Below are positions 13,401 to 28,681 of a stretch of DNA of 64,000 bases, piece after piece. The translations under genes and the position numbers were made by a program. This stretch comes from the human T2T-CHM13v2.0 reference genome, Homo sapiens: assembly GCF_009914755.1 (NCBI RefSeq), contig NC_060926.1; one strand, 5' to 3'. A model generated the notes under the pieces. It was not told the origin of the DNA, made no database searches, and saw only the letters and a list, made by a program, of their open reading frames with translations. Every line of letters starts with the position of its first letter. Within the stretch, counting starts at the first letter, position 1.

Positions 13401-15286
13401 CCAGTAACTTTTTTTTTTACATGCTACAAAAATAAGAAATTCTCCCAATCAAGATGCTTGTCAAGCAGGTCAGAAATGGAATACATTTGCCTTTATTTTT
13501 CTGGTTTACGTGTTTTTAAAAATTAAATATATACATGTTATTTATAATATTTAAGATATAAAATTATGCTATATGTTAGAAAACAGGTATAAACATATGA
13601 GCATCACTTATATTTACAATTATTTAATGACTTCACAGTCTTCCTTTTTTATTTTGAATTATACACACTTTTAAAATGTATTATCTGGTTACTGTACTCT
13701 GTACACAGTCAGCAGTACAAAAACTGTCTTTGCAAATAGCAGCTTTTAAAAATGCATATAACAATCTATATGCATTAGATATTTACTATTTGCATTTAAT
13801 GTTTTATTTTTAGTTTCCTTCAATTATATCGCTATAAGATAGAAGGCTGATTGCCTTGTTTTCTACAACTTGGCTTCAATTTTTCTTTTAGAATAAAGAT
13901 TAGAGTTAAACACAGGATGCTGAGAAAGTTCAACCTGATAACCACAATAGTTGTAATTAGCACATATACGATCTTTTATCACATTTTTTGTTATTTTATT
14001 TTTTTCAGGCTAAAATAAGGCCACTAATGGGTCTGAGGAGTATGTGCATAGATAAAACCATATCATTTTTGAATATAGTTAGATTTAACTGGGAATATCA
14101 TGTGCATATACACCTATATACATCAAAATGGGTACATAAATTTCAGTATTCTTATTATTGCCAAATTTCAAGTCTTAATTTTACTCTTTTCCTTATTTAT
14201 GACATAATATGTCATGGTGCAGTTCTCCAGGAGTACCTATAAAGTATTTCCTGTGTGACATAAAGCTTTACATAATCCCATTTGGATTAAGGTGTATAGA
14301 ACCAAGTCTTATATTCAAATAAATGATGGTATGTGAAATGTGGGTGTATCTTACTGTAATCAATTTGATTAGAGTGTTTTCTTTTTTCTTGAAAGATACA
14401 ATTCATCTGCAGAAAACATGTATTATTCTTAATAAATTAATAGAAATAGTCTAGTGCTATATTTAAAAGGAAAAAAAGGAAGGAAAGAAAAAAGGAAGGA
14501 AGGAAGGACAAAGGAAGAAAATTGCCTAAAATTCCCTGATTGAGGGAATGGAGATCAGGTGTAGAGCAAGTAAAGAACTGAGCTATCTTCAATTTTAAAA
14601 AATCCACATGATAAATAGCACTACGTATTTTACTTAATCCTCACAAGTGGTGTGGATTACTGAGTGGTGAACTGGCTAAACTTAAGTGCATTTTTAAAAG
14701 TCTTTCTTAAAAATTCTAAGTTTCAAAATACAGGTTCTATTTTCTTAAAAGGATATTTCTGCTATATATGTGTTTAATTAAGATCAATTATTTCCTTGTT
14801 TGATACCTATGCCACTAAAGCAGATGACCCCTATAAAGTGTTTACTATTAGTTTTAATCGCAAAATGGTTGGAACTGTGTTTGCTCTGTGTTCTGTCTCT
14901 CTGGAATACATATTTCTATTATTCTAGGAGATTCAACTTCCATTTCTTTCTGGGTACAATGTTACTTCTGTGTTTGCAGCCTAGACTTGGACTGAATTTG
15001 TAGAATGTCTTAATAGTTATTGAAATGTAATGTTATTTGTTTATACAAATGCTACTAAAATAACACTAAAAATATGAAAAGTACATTTTATATAAAGTAG
15101 ACAATAAACTTGGTGAATTTATTTAAATTTCATTAATAGGGATTTATCTAAGCACATTTTATTATCATGTTGACATTTAAAAATCAACGATCAGGATCTA
15201 TTTTCAACTTTCTATGCATTCTAAGGATGATGTTCTTTTTGAATCTTTAGAAATAAACCATGCTTAAAATCCAAAATTTTCCTGAT

Positions 15287-17070
15287 TAAAAACGCTCAAC
15301 AAACTAGGCATTGAAAGATCATACTTTGAAATAATAAAAGCAATCTGTTGCAAACCCACAGCCAATATCATGAATGGGAAAAAACTGGAAGCATTCCCAT
15401 TAAGCAGGAGCAACACAAGGATGCCCACTCTCACTACTCCTATTCAACTTAGCACTGGAAGTCCTAGCTAGAACAAGCAGGCAAGAGAAAGAAATAGAAG
15501 GCCTCCAAACAGGAAAAGAAGTCAAATTATCCCTCTTTGCTGATAATATTATTCTCTTCCTATAAACAACCAAAAATATTCTAGAAATGATAAATGTCTT
15601 CAGTAAAGTTTCGAGATACAGAATCAATGTGCAAAAATTAGTAGCATTTCATGAACCAATAATGTTCCAAATCAAGAATGCAATCCCATTTACAACAGTC
15701 AAAAAATAAAATAGCGGGGAATACATCTAACCAAGGAGGTGAAAGGTCTCTACAAGGAGACCTACAAAACACTGCTGAAAGAAATCATAGATGACACAAA
15801 CAAATGGACAAACATTCCATGCTCATGAATAAAAAGAGGCAATATTGTTAAAATGTCCATACTCCCCAAAGCAATTTACAGATTCAATGCTATTCCTACC
15901 AAACTACCAATGTCATTTTCCACAGAATTAGAAAAAACGATTATGAAATTTATAGAAAGTGAAACAGAGCCTGAATAGTCAAAGCAATCCTGAACAAAAA
16001 GAGCAAAGCTGGAGGCATCACATTACCCGACTTCAAACTATACTATAAGGTCACAGTAACCAAAACAGCATGGTACTGGTACAAAAACAGACACATAGGC
16101 CAATAGAATAGAATAGAAAACCCAGAAATAAAGCTGCACACCTACAGCCATCTGATCTTCAACAAAGTTGATGAAAATAAGCAATGTATAAAGGACTCCC
16201 TATTCAATAAATGGTGCTGAGACAGCTGGCTAGCCATATGCAGAAGTGCTGAACTGGACCCCTATCTTTCACCATCTACAAAAATTAAATCAAGATGGAT
16301 TTAAGATTGGAATGTAAGACCTCAAACCATAAGAATCCTAGAAGAAAACCTAGGAAATACCATCTGGATAACAGATGCTGGTGAGGCTGTGGAGAAAATG
16401 GAATGCTTATATTGGGGAATATAAGCATTTATTGCTTGAGGGAAATATAAATTAGTTCAGCAACTGTGGAATGCAGTTTGAAGGTTTCTCAAACAACTTA
16501 AAACAGAATTATCATTCGACCCAACAATTCCATTACTGGGTATATACCTGAAGAAAAATAAATCGTTCTACCAAAAAGACACATGTACTTATATGTTCAT
16601 TGCAGCAGTATTCACACTGAAGAAGACATGGAATCAACCTAGATGTCCATCAGCAGTAAACCGGATAAATAAAACGTAGTACATATACAATATGGACTAC
16701 TATGCAGCCATAAAAAAGAAAAAAAAGCATGTCCTTTGCAGCAACATGGCGGCAGCTGGAGGCCATTATCCTAAGTGAATTAATACAGGAACAGAAAACC
16801 AAAGACCACATGTTCTCACTTATAAGTGGAGGCTAAGCATTACGTACGCATGGACATAAAGATGAGAACAATAGACATGGAGGACTAGTAGAGTGAGATA
16901 AAGGGATGGGGGCAAGGACTGAAAAACTACCTATTGGGTACTATGCTCATGATCTGGGTGATGGGAATCATTCATACCCCAAACTTCAGCATCACACAAT
17001 ATACCCATGTAACAAACCTGTGCACATACCCCCTGAATCTAAAATAAAAGTTGAAATTATTTTTTAAAAT
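15287..17070 (+). mobile_element. 5'-truncated L1 (L1PB-like), ORF2 3' part plus 3'UTR, with internal deletion
   Basis: L1 ORF2 motifs (CCCACAGCCAATATCAT, CAAAACAGCATGGTACTGG); ends CCCCCTGAATCTAAAATAAAAGTTG. Confidence 0.9.
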
Positions 17071-17859
17071 ACGGTGAAAAAATGAAAACAAAAATCCATC
17101 ATGCTTTTATGCTTTTGCTGATTGCTGCCTGGAAACAGCAAGTTCACCTTCAGTGGCTCCGCAGCGTTATTAAAAAATACATGTTAATATTAAAACATCT
17201 TTTAACAAAGCTTTTTTAATTCCAAAGAATATCTGTTATGAATGATGCTCATGACATTAACCAATCACTTAGATCTTGACATAATGCCACAGGAAAAGAA
17301 ATTTTTAGTCAATGACAGGGAAAATTACATGTATATTATGTATAAATTGGTATGTGTATGTTGCATGTATATATATATATATATACACATACATACATAT
17401 GTATATGAAAGATCAGTTTACAGAATAATTGTTGTAATGATATATATGGTTAACATTTTTTATGTTTGTACATTTTTTATATCTATCTATCTATCATCAT
17501 GTAGTGTAAATGAGTATTTCCCATTCTAATCTAGCCTCAGCTTGAAATAGAAAATAACCATTGGTAATAAATTACAGATACTCTTTGTATAGCAGTAAAA
17601 CTGGACTGCAAGTTTCAATTCCTGAAACCATGTTGCTCCAATTTTATGCCCATAGTTCCCTAAGGTTCAAAAAGACCTTTTGGTGTCTCTACTTCACAGA
17701 GAGAATCAGATTTGATGGAATACAGTACCCATATATGTAATCCCATTATCTCCTCAATTTTCTGTAATCTTTTTCTTTGCCTTACTCTAAATATTGTAGA
17801 AATATTAATTTCAAGGTATTATTCTATCCTAATAGACAACAGAAGAGAAAGCTACTTAC

Positions 17860-18259
17860 AGCCAATCAACATGACACAAATTGAAAAGATTTTCTCCGAA
17901 TTCGTGTTAGGAGACACATTCCCGAATCCTACACTGGTTAAACTGCTGAAGGTAAAATAAAGTGCTGTGACGTATTTGTCTTTAATGGATGGTCCAGAAC
18001 TTGAGTCACTGTCATTGTAACGTTTCCCAATTTGCTGTCCTAAGGAATCCAACCATCCGATTTTGTCAGTCAGGTAAGGCCTTTCTACATTCCCAATCGC
18101 ATACCAAATGCAAGCCAGCCAGTGAGCAATCAGGGCAAAGATGCACATTAAGAGCATTAGAACAGCAGCGCCATATTCTGAATATCGATCCAGTTTCCTG
18201 GCCACGCGCACAAGACGGAGGAGTCGGGCAGTCTTCAAAAGACCAATTAATGTTGTTGT
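17860..18259 (-). CDS. KCNH7: KCNH7 coding exon, S4 voltage sensor, S5, turret, pore helix/GFG filter, start of S6 (probably exon 8), 400 nt, phase 0-1
   Basis: Contains [28 protein letters not shown] (S4 and S4-S5 linker) and [25 protein letters not shown] (ERG pore signature). Acceptor tttctacag|ACA at 18259; donor GGC T|gtaagt at 17860. In frame with the upstream exon. Confidence 0.97.
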
Positions 18260-19490
18260 CTGTAGAAATAAATGTACACAGTCAGAAACGGTCGGCAAAC
18301 AATTCAAAGTACATTCATATGAAGCAAAGTGGACAAAAACAGGTTAAGACAATAGGGTAGCATTAAGGATAACTGCCTATTTAAATTCAGTATTAAACTT
18401 GGTTCTTTTTTTTTTATGTGATACCTGCTTTGGAAAATACTTTGAAAGTGCATGACACATTAATTCAGTATTGTGGCATGCAAGACATGGGGCACAGAAT
18501 CTGTCTTGTTTTATGTTCTAAGTGCCTTGCATAAGTCCTCAGTGACTCATTCATTCACCAACATACATTCTAGTGTGTTACTGTGTGCCTACTAACGCCA
18601 CAGGCTGATATTATAGTGTTAAACAAACAGACATGGTTACTTTCCTAATAGAGACAGCTATTTAACAGACAAAGTGTCTAATCTAATGAAGAGAAAACAA
18701 GATCCTAGTCTACTGAGGAGAGAGAGATTTTTTAAAAACAAACAAATAATTAATTTCAGAGAGAACAAAGTGCCATGATGATAGTAAGCAGAGAAATATG
18801 ACAGAGGGTATTTGGAGGCATGGATTGGGGTAGAAACTGCTTTAAAAATGAAGACCAAGAAGGGCCTTGCTGAGGAGCTGACATTTGAGTTGCAAACCAT
18901 CTGTATAATGAGAAGGAGCCAGTCAAGCCCCTTCTTCCCATAACTGTGGGAACACTTATTGGATGATTGCATGCATGAATTAGGCACTACATTTAAATGC
19001 ATTTTTTATTCCTAAGTGTGCTAAATTGAGAAATTATTTCTTGATGTCCCAGTGATATTATAATTGCATTTTGCTTTTGGCTATGATATGTGTAACTAAT
19101 TGGGTGATTATTACTGACCGGGTATCTAATGATAGGCTACTTCTATATAATAACAGGATACTTAACTGGTTGTTTGGACTTCAAATCTGATAAGTACAAA
19201 TTACAAGTTCATTTCTTAGGTTTCCTAAATAATGTCAACTATAAGTACTATATAATTCACAGGGCATATAATTATTCCATAGTTACATGGTGTTTACCAA
19301 TCAATTATTGAGTTATTTTATCTGTTCATTGTTGCTGCTTATTTCCCAAAGCACATCCAACTACATTAAGAACACTTATATCTTAATGGAAGAAATAGCA
19401 CATGGAATAACTACCACACCCTATGTATTAATATTGATGATGAAAAAGGAGCACTAAATATTAAAAAAGCTTTTTCATTAAAATGTTCTT

Positions 19491-19787
19491 GCTGGTTGTG
19501 GTGGCTTGTGCCTATAATCCCAGTACTTTGGCAGGCTGAAGCAGTAGGATCACTTGAGCCCAGGTATTTGAGACCAGCCTGGGCAATATAGTGAGACTCG
19601 GCCTATACAAAAAATTAAAATAAAATAAAATAAATTAGCTGGGTATGGTGGTGGATGCCTGTAGTCCCAGCTATTCTAGAGGCTGAGGTGGAGGATCACT
19701 TGAGCCCAGGAATTTGAGATTGCAGTGAGCTATTATTGTGCCACTGCACTCAAGCCTGGGCAACAGAGCAAGACCCTGTCTTTAAAA
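19491..19787 (+). mobile_element. AluJ-type element
   Basis: J-type GGATCACTTGAGCCCAGG in both arms; AATGTTCT on both flanks (possible TSD remnant). Confidence 0.9.
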
Positions 19788-22700
19788 GAATGTTCTAATA
19801 AGTGTTCTACAGTTTCTTGTTTTTCCCTTGTGCCATAGCAATCACAAGGGAAAGGGGATCCCTTAGTCTCCCCTGAATTATTCTCTGTTAGTATTGGAAC
19901 CCTTTAAAGTTGAGAGGAACTTGTGTAGTTGACATGTATTTATCATAACTAGACTCTGGTCTCTGCTCATTTGGGGATGTTTAGAGAGGTGAGTCTTCTC
20001 TGTCTCCAGTACTGAGTTGTTTTTCAGAGTGGAATGAAGGTGCTTGCTTTTTTTCTTCTTTATAGGTTTAAAAGTATATTTCTTCCCTATGAATGAATAT
20101 AGGTTTTAAATTATTATTGGCTGGATCCCTGAGAGAAAAGCAAACTTTCTAATATATGTATTATCAATATTTTAGCTTAGCAGTTATGTGCTACGACTTT
20201 GGAACAGACAAACTTATGTTTGAATTCTGCCTCCATAGAATGTCCCCTTGGATAAGTTATTCATTTAATCTTACACTTCATCTGTATATGAAGTGTAGTT
20301 TCTTCATCTGTGAATACAAATAATAAGGCCAACCTTACAGAGTTATAGATAATACCCAATAAACAGGAACTCTATGTTTCTATTTAAACATCCTTTACAT
20401 TTTTCTTTCCATCAATAAGCAGGAACTTTATGTTGTGAAATGGGTTGAAAGAGCTTCCACCCTTTTTAAACGCAATACTTAGATATCTGGAATCACAAGT
20501 GGGGGCCTTTCCGTACTGGCCTTGCAGCTCGCCTCAAGAAATGGCAGGGGCATTGAAACAAAGGGACTTCATGAGGCACACTGACTGCTCAGACTCTGGT
20601 AGGAGTCACCCTGGTTCAACATTTCACCATTTCTACACAGCTCAGCTTCCTATGTTTATTTTTCCTCTTAATTCTACTTTCTGTTTATTTGTCCTGAGAA
20701 ATCAGAAATATTTGAGAATTATGGTTAAAATTTTCTTGTTTTTGGAGCCAAATTTCTTTCTGATCCTCAAAATAAATGAAGTATAATAAAAATTCTCCAA
20801 ATAGTTGGTTAAATGAAGTGAAAAGCTTTAAAATAAATGAGCTGTTTTTATAACATATTGTGATAATAAGTACTAATGACTCTGCTGGTTGTAAAGACGG
20901 TAGAGTAAAAATGATGTTATGATAAGAAGAGCAATGAAATCTGCTGTGCATGCAACCTTCCTTTTTGCCTTCCTTCCAAAGAAATCTCTGATGTTTCTTC
21001 TAGCATTCTATCAAAATGAAGTCAAAATCTATATGACAGTAAGTTCTCTAAGCAGATAAATCAATATAATGTGCATAGTAACATACAAGTGACATCATTT
21101 CTGGAAAAAGAAAGTTTAAGATATATGGGACATGTTGAAGTCTCAACATGTATGACAGTATTCATGTTAAATAATTGCAGAAGTAATGAGAGAGCCACAA
21201 AGTAGGGGGAAGGGGAAGAAATTACTAAGTAGTAATTATGTCTCTCAGTTGCATTATAAGGATGAGTGAATATTGACTTCAACAGTCAAAGCTATTCTCT
21301 TGTAATTCTGTAACATGTACTGCAGAATAACTACATATGCTGGCTTGACAATGTAACAGATGCCTTGCCTTACTTCTATTGTTATCAAATTGCGGCTAAC
21401 ACATCTGGGCATTCTTTGTTAGCTACAGTTGTGTATAACACATCTTGTAGATGATGCTTAGGATTGTAATAACTCTTTCCTGCTTATTATTTTAATATTT
21501 CTTTAAAAACTTAAGGTGTCTTGCCCCAGATTGCAGAATAGAGAGAAGTGATTGCATTAAAATCTAAGAGAGAGTAGATTTAATAATTATTAATCTTCTC
21601 CTGCCAATTTGTTATGAACCCTTAGCCCCATTGTTTAGTTTAATGGGCCATCTTTATGTTACCTGCAAGTGAAACAGGACCAACAACTACTCTATTATAT
21701 TGTGCTAAGATCAGAATTTGACTGAGTATAATTGTTTTCAGAATGCATAATTATCTCCCAGCACATCTAATTTCATGTAATATCCAGACATGATGGAAAT
21801 CCCAATTTTTTGATTTTTGAAAATATAATAAATGTAACTATCCATAAATTTGTTCACAATTTTAAAAACTAGAGTAAAAAACTGTCTCTTAGATGGTATT
21901 TCTTAAACTTTTCACTGGTATTAGAAAAATATTGTCTGTTTATTGTTATTCTTGAAAGCAACTAAAAAGAGCATAAAAGCTCACTAGATGGCAAAATGTG
22001 GTTATTGTTATAAAATACAAACACATAATGAAAATAAGATACAAAAACAGGTGAGTCATTTTGCAGTACATTGAAGCAAGGCACTTTGTTTTCCAGTCCT
22101 GCCACTAACTATAGCAAAGGGGACATAATGAACTCTTAACAAGTCAAGACTTCACCCACCAGCACCCATGCTATCTCAGAACTCAACTTATTTATTGTGA
22201 TTGAATAATTTTCCAACTCTTTTTTCCAAAATGTCACAGTAAAGTCAGTCTCTGTGAGATTTTTATTTTTAATGTATCTTGTCAATATTATTGTTTTTAA
22301 TCTAAAGTAACTCTCTTTCCAAAAATTCAATTATTCATTTTGCTGGGTGGCTGATTAATATCATTCAATTTCAAAACTTTAAAAACACATCCACATCCAC
22401 TGTTTACTAAAGCCCTAGATGCCTTCTTATATTGAGGTAGAAGTTAGTTCCCTTTATTAGGTACATTAATTTTTAAACTAAGCACTATTTAAAAAATATA
22501 TATATATATTCTAAACAATGAAGTTTTGTATGTATGTTAGATACTAAGTCCAGACTCAAGAAGACTGTGTGGTTGTTTTTTGTAGATATTTTACAATAAA
22601 TCAGGCAAGATTCTCTCTTCATGCCAGTGGAATTCTTTTTGAAGGCTTGAAATTAGAATAAGTAACTTCTTGTCAGTATTAAACAACTCTCTACTCAAGA

Positions 22701-24651
22701 ATAAATTGTCTACAGTTAAATGAAGAGAGACTCATTAATAAGAAAAAATATTTTGTTCAAAAATATTAAAAAATTTTTGAAAAATAATTGTACCTTATTT
22801 TTTAGTAAACATTTTTAAGAATCTTATATTTAAAATATATTATTTCAGAAATTTACTCTCTAAAACCTTTGCCTATAAATAAGTGATACAATTATTCTTC
22901 TATAAATAAAAATATGTAAGTATGTGATCTTTGGTTTCATATGCAGGGTTGATAGAATGAATGATCACTGAAACTTTCTACTTAATCCATCACTTGTCCT
23001 TTTTGTCAATAAATATTTGGGTGCAAGTGGGGAAATGTTAACACGAGATAAGTAATAAATTTCATTACTCCACACTCATATTTTGCTTTAGATTTCATTT
23101 CAGCTAATCCCCTCTAAGTTCTGGTATTTATATACATCATTCAATTATTTATCCAATAAAGCTCAACAATATCAGAAACTAGTTTCTAGTCCTTTGTTCA
23201 GCTTAACCACATCATTGCAATATTTCTAAGGATGCATTTACTAATACAATCAAAGAAATATATTTTGAATGTGTCTAAAATCTTGGGGAATTACCTAGAT
23301 TGTAATTTATTTATATCAGACCTCACAAATACTTCTAAAGTATGGCTTTTAAAGAGGAGATTTTTACAATTTCACTGGGAAACTCATTTCAATATTTAAT
23401 AACCTTTATTATTGAGACATTTATTTTTGTTTTGTTTTATAATTAACATTTTATTTTTCTGCAATTTGAACTCACTTTGGCTTTCTGTACAGTAGCAGAC
23501 AACTGACCATCAAGTGATTCTAAACAGTAGTATGCAAATGTTACAACAAATAAATAACTAGGGATGTCATATTTTTTAAATGATAATTTGACTTGTCCTG
23601 AGAAATATTTTACCAAGGGTTATACTTTATGCCATCTCTAGCAAAATGTAGACAATCAATCACATACAAACGAACAAATGATCAACTAAAAGCAAAATAA
23701 TTTTTCCACTGGGGATCTCATATCTCTTAAAAGTCATGCCATACATTTTTAGAGGCATGACCAATAGCTCCAAATATAAGCCAATAGAAACTTCTGTCTA
23801 AACTCCCAAAAACCATCTAAGGAGACTTAGCAACTTTATGTGTAGAAATGTATATGTATATGTGTCTGCAAAATATGATTTGTTCCTAAAAGTTGAACAT
23901 GATTATATTGGATGTTTTAGAAATAAACTAATGATATCTATTATAAAGATCAAGTTCAGCTGTCGAAATGCTCAGAGTTTGCATATAGATACCTGCTAAT
24001 GTTTTCCTTGCATCAATTTCACAATTCATCTATCAGACTAATAAATCAAACATATTATTATGATCAGAATCCCTCTTTTCTATTGGAATTTTCCCTCAAA
24101 GAGCACAGTAGTTACTTAGGTTTCAAAGGCCTTCTTTGCTTGTATTCAGGATTCAGAAAAAATAACGGTAAAGTGTGAAAGGAAAGGGGTCAATGAAGCA
24201 AATAATTAATTGCAAGAATCCTAATTTTCTGGGGAGTAAGAGGTTAATGAAGCATGTAATTGAGCAGAGTTTCGTAGATTTCAGCTGCTAATATCTCTGA
24301 AATTAAGATTTGCCATAGATGAGCTAAATACCGGAAAATATGAGGCGGATAATCAAAAGTTAACTTTCTGGAGACTGAGCCAATAACATTATTCCTTTGA
24401 ACCAATGACACAGAAAAAATTTGCCAATGATTGACATAATGGGTGGTATGATGTTTGCTGATGCAGAAATTAGGAAATAGAGAATCTTTTTATTGTCTCT
24501 CTGGATGGCATTATCATCAGGGAGATATTAATGACATAGGCAAGCCCAGTTATTGCCAGTATTTATTTTCTTCAACATGTTTTTTAACATTATAGAATAT
24601 CCTCTACTTATTGTAGGTGATTTGTAACCATGTGAGAAAAAAATTAAATAG

Positions 24652-24989
<338 letters not shown>

Positions 24990-25240
24990 GTGACATGTCT
25001 TCTTTAGTAAAAACGTATACGCCAATATATCCTCTTAGCATTTATTAACACCTGTTACATAGATTACATAATATAGATACAAAGTTGATTTTTTTTCTAG
25101 GGTTGAATGTAAATAAAAGTGTTACAGTATCTTAACATTTAGGGAAATTGGCAAAGAAGATATTAATGTTTAATTGACATTGACAAAATTATGTTTTCTA
25201 AGCTCATCTATGATGCTTTGATGGATAGAAAACATTTTAG

Positions 25241-25523
25241 GGCCGGGCACACTGGCTCACGCCTGTAATTCCAGCACTTTGGGAGGCTGAGGCAAGCAGA
25301 TCACTTGAGCTCAGAGTTCAAGATCAGCCTGGACAACATAGTGAAACTCTCTCTGCAAAAAAATATGAAAATTAGCCGGGTATGGTGGTGTCTGCCTGTA
25401 GTCCCAGCTCCTCAGGGGGGTGAGGCAGAGGATCACTTGAGCCCAGGAGGCAGAGGCTGCATTGAGCTGAGATCACACCACTGCACACTAGCTTGGGTGA
25501 CAGAATGAGACCGTGTCTTAAAA
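25241..25523 (+). mobile_element. AluJ-type element
   Basis: GGCCGGGCACACTGGCTCAC...GGATCACTTGAGCCCAGG...GAGACCGTGTCT. Confidence 0.92.
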
Positions 25524-25949
25524 TTAAGCAATTAAGAAATTACGACTGTTCTTATAATTTGTTGAAAATCACTCTTAATTTGTTTATTTATGTACTTATG
25601 CATTTATTTATGTACTTATGCATTTACTGTGTAGAAATATTCATCTATGAACATATGAAAGCCCTCTCCTGGGATTCCTCTTTATCCCAGATATGGCTAC
25701 TGGATCTTGTATATCTAAACAACAAAATCCCTGCCACTTTAAAAAGTGTAGGTTTTAAGGCTTTATTTTTGACCTGTCAAATATGTGTCTCCAGACCCTT
25801 AACAGATCCACACAGAAAACTGACACATGGTTCTTGTCTAGAAGCTGATCCAAACCAATCTTTGTCAGGATTCTATCTAACATTTAATTTAATGGATCTC
25901 ATTTCTCTTCTTATACTGACATATTATTTTTCTAGATGCTCATGGGGTG

Positions 25950-26998
25950 CTTGACTTGCCTACATGTCACCTGTAGTTCAATAACCAATAGTCATCACAA
26001 ACTTAAGTTGGCTAAAACAGGAATTTCTTCCCCACAACACACTTTTTCTCCCTAAGGTTTTTTCATCTGAATAAATGCATTACCATTTATAATTCTGCTT
26101 CAGCAACCCTCCTGCCCTTCACCAAAGAAATGTTTCAATAAGAATAAACAAGCAACAAAAAATGTTTGCACCACCCTTAATTCTGCTTTTTCTCCTACTC
26201 TTCCATTCAATACTTAATCCATCAACAAGCCTTGGCAGCTCACCTCCAAAATATATCCCAAATTTCTTTACTTTTCTTCATTTCTGTTGCTACCAAGCTG
26301 TTGTTTTGTCCTGCATCACAACATGTGGTCTGAACTAGTTCCCTGCTCCTAGCCTGACTCTCCAGTCTGCAGATGACAGCCTTTGCAGTCTTCAAAATGT
26401 CCATCGGATAGTATCATTCCTGTTCCAAAGACTCCATTGCAGCCAGAATAAGTAAGAAATCCCACATATCTAGGTGATTTGGTCTCTGTCTCTGCCTTCT
26501 CAAACCTTAGCATTCCACCTCTTACTGTGTGGTTCAGCCTGGCAGCCACCAGCCATCTTTCTGTTCCTCTACCATAACAAACTTGTTCCCCAAATGCGAC
26601 ATTTTCACTAGTGTTTCCTTCTGTGTGAAATGCTCTGCACGGTGGTCTCATGTGGATGGTTGCTTCCTATCAAGTCTCAACTCAAATGGCCTCTCCTTAC
26701 TGGCCTTTTGTAATTTCCAATTCAAATTAGCCATCCATCCAGGTCATTCTCTATCACATCCACCTGCTTTGCTATCATCACAGCATTTACTCTTTCCTGA
26801 AACCTTTCTGCACTGTGTTTGTTGGTTTGTTTATTAATGGTCTTTTGCCCTCTGCCATCCCCTACCCCTCTTCCTCAATTCTAGAATGTAAGTTCCTGGA
26901 CAACACAAACTTTGTCTGATTTACTTCTGAATCTCTAAACCTAGGACAGTGGCTGTCACTTTGAAGGGTACCTAACAAAAAATTTTTGAATAAATAAA
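25950..26998 (+). mobile_element. L2 LINE 3' region (approximate)
   Basis: Pyrimidine-rich L2-like sequence ending CTAGAATGTAAGTTCC...TTTTTGAATAAATAA. Confidence 0.65.
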
Positions 26999-28681
26999 GT
27001 ATTATATTAGTAATTAAGAGTAATGCAGAAAATAGAACTGAGAGCATCACTGAACAATTCTAGGTTTCAACAGTCTCATTCTGTAAATAGTACTTTAGCT
27101 TCCTAGGCAGAGGATTGAACTAGATAATTTCCTGTGGTTACTTCTAGTTCTAAGATCTACATTGGCAGCAGTACTAGATTTTAATTTGGGGGTAACACTT
27201 ACATTATGTCCAGAATTTTTAGTGCATTTTAAAATTCAGACTTTAAAATTTAAAAGACACAAACTTCTTACAACTTCTCCCATTATACTTCTAAGCTTGT
27301 CTACAAATCACTAATGTTTGCTGTTGGTGCATATATTTTAACTTTTGAAAGAATGAGGTTTTATTTTATTGTTCATCAACATAAGCTTATTTGGTGCAAT
27401 GATGTGAACCACCCATTATAAGAAACTCAAAGATATATATTAATAAAGAAGTATTTCACTCTCTTTTAGTTAAAACCCAAAGTTAGGAGTAGCTAATATT
27501 AAAAGTTCAGCTAATTAAGAACAGCTGATTTTTAAAAAGTATTTTGCTGAGTCACATGTACTATCTCATTAGAGTCTCAAATTAGAAAAAAAAAAGCAAG
27601 AGGAGAAGGTAATATTATTATCATCCTTTTACAGATGAGGAAAGTCAGGTTGGGACTTTGTTTAAAATTGTAGAACCCAGGAAAAATGTATTGTTTCATT
27701 GCCCTGCTCTTAACTGACTCACAGTTCGATCAGAGTTTATTTCTAACAAATAAATAGATTTAGAAATAAAATCTTTTGGTTCCCCTTGGTCGAGGAGGAT
27801 TATGTTGTTCTAAAGCCTTCATTGGCTAGGAAGCAGCCATCTGCCAAGAGGAGGTGGTCTCCTCTTTGTTGGGGAGAGAAGGAAGTTGGTGCAGGGCAGG
27901 GTTCTTATGTAGAAAAAGACACAATTTTTAAAAATCCAACATATCGAGGATTTTTTCAACCTATTCCCTTGGAACTACTTTCAAGCATTCTATAAATCTT
28001 TCTGTTACAGAATTCAGAAAGTTTATAAATGGTAAAAATAATGGAAATTAGATGAAGTGAACTGTAGGAAAACTTAACTTCTTTTGGATCAAAGAGTCTT
28101 TTGAGGAGCTGATTAAAGTTCTGGACTCTCTATCCAGAAAATGCACAATACATACACTTCTCGTATTTTCTTAGTTTCCAACTTTATTAGGCATTGGGAT
28201 ACACAAAAAGTACTTTCCAAGCTGAATATTATTTAAGAGAAAGCATATTTGAATAAGACATTTCGGAAGGTGCCCTCTTCACATAATTTGAACAAAAAAC
28301 AAATCTCTGCTGTCTCAAACCTTAACAATGAGTTAAGAAAAACAGAGACATACTTAATATTTGAGAGTTTTACACCCGTGAAGTTAATAAGTAGAGATTT
28401 TAAATCCTGGGAATGTGCTGTGTGCTATGGACCACTTGTTTCCAAGTTTAATTTGGTGGGTAAAGAATGGAGAATCTTTTGCATCTCTTAGCAAAAAGAG
28501 AAAGAATTTGATTTGCAATGGCAAAATGGTTTCATTTCATTCTGTAGTATCCCCAATTGAAAATGAATTTTATCAGTGAGATACAAGAAGCTTGCAAAGC
28601 AACTCTTCTTTTTGCAGTTAAAATAGATTCACTTTTATAATTGCAATCTTTCAGAAAATAAGAATCTTAAGCAGTTCTTAC

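Noticed and set aside
17989-18360. Plus-strand ORFs opposite the pore exon
   Set aside because: Antisense shadows of a coding exon with no independent coding signal.
25583-25626. Perfect 20-bp tandem duplication (a similar ~15-bp one at 58892-58928)
   Set aside because: Ordinary slippage duplication in AT-rich DNA.
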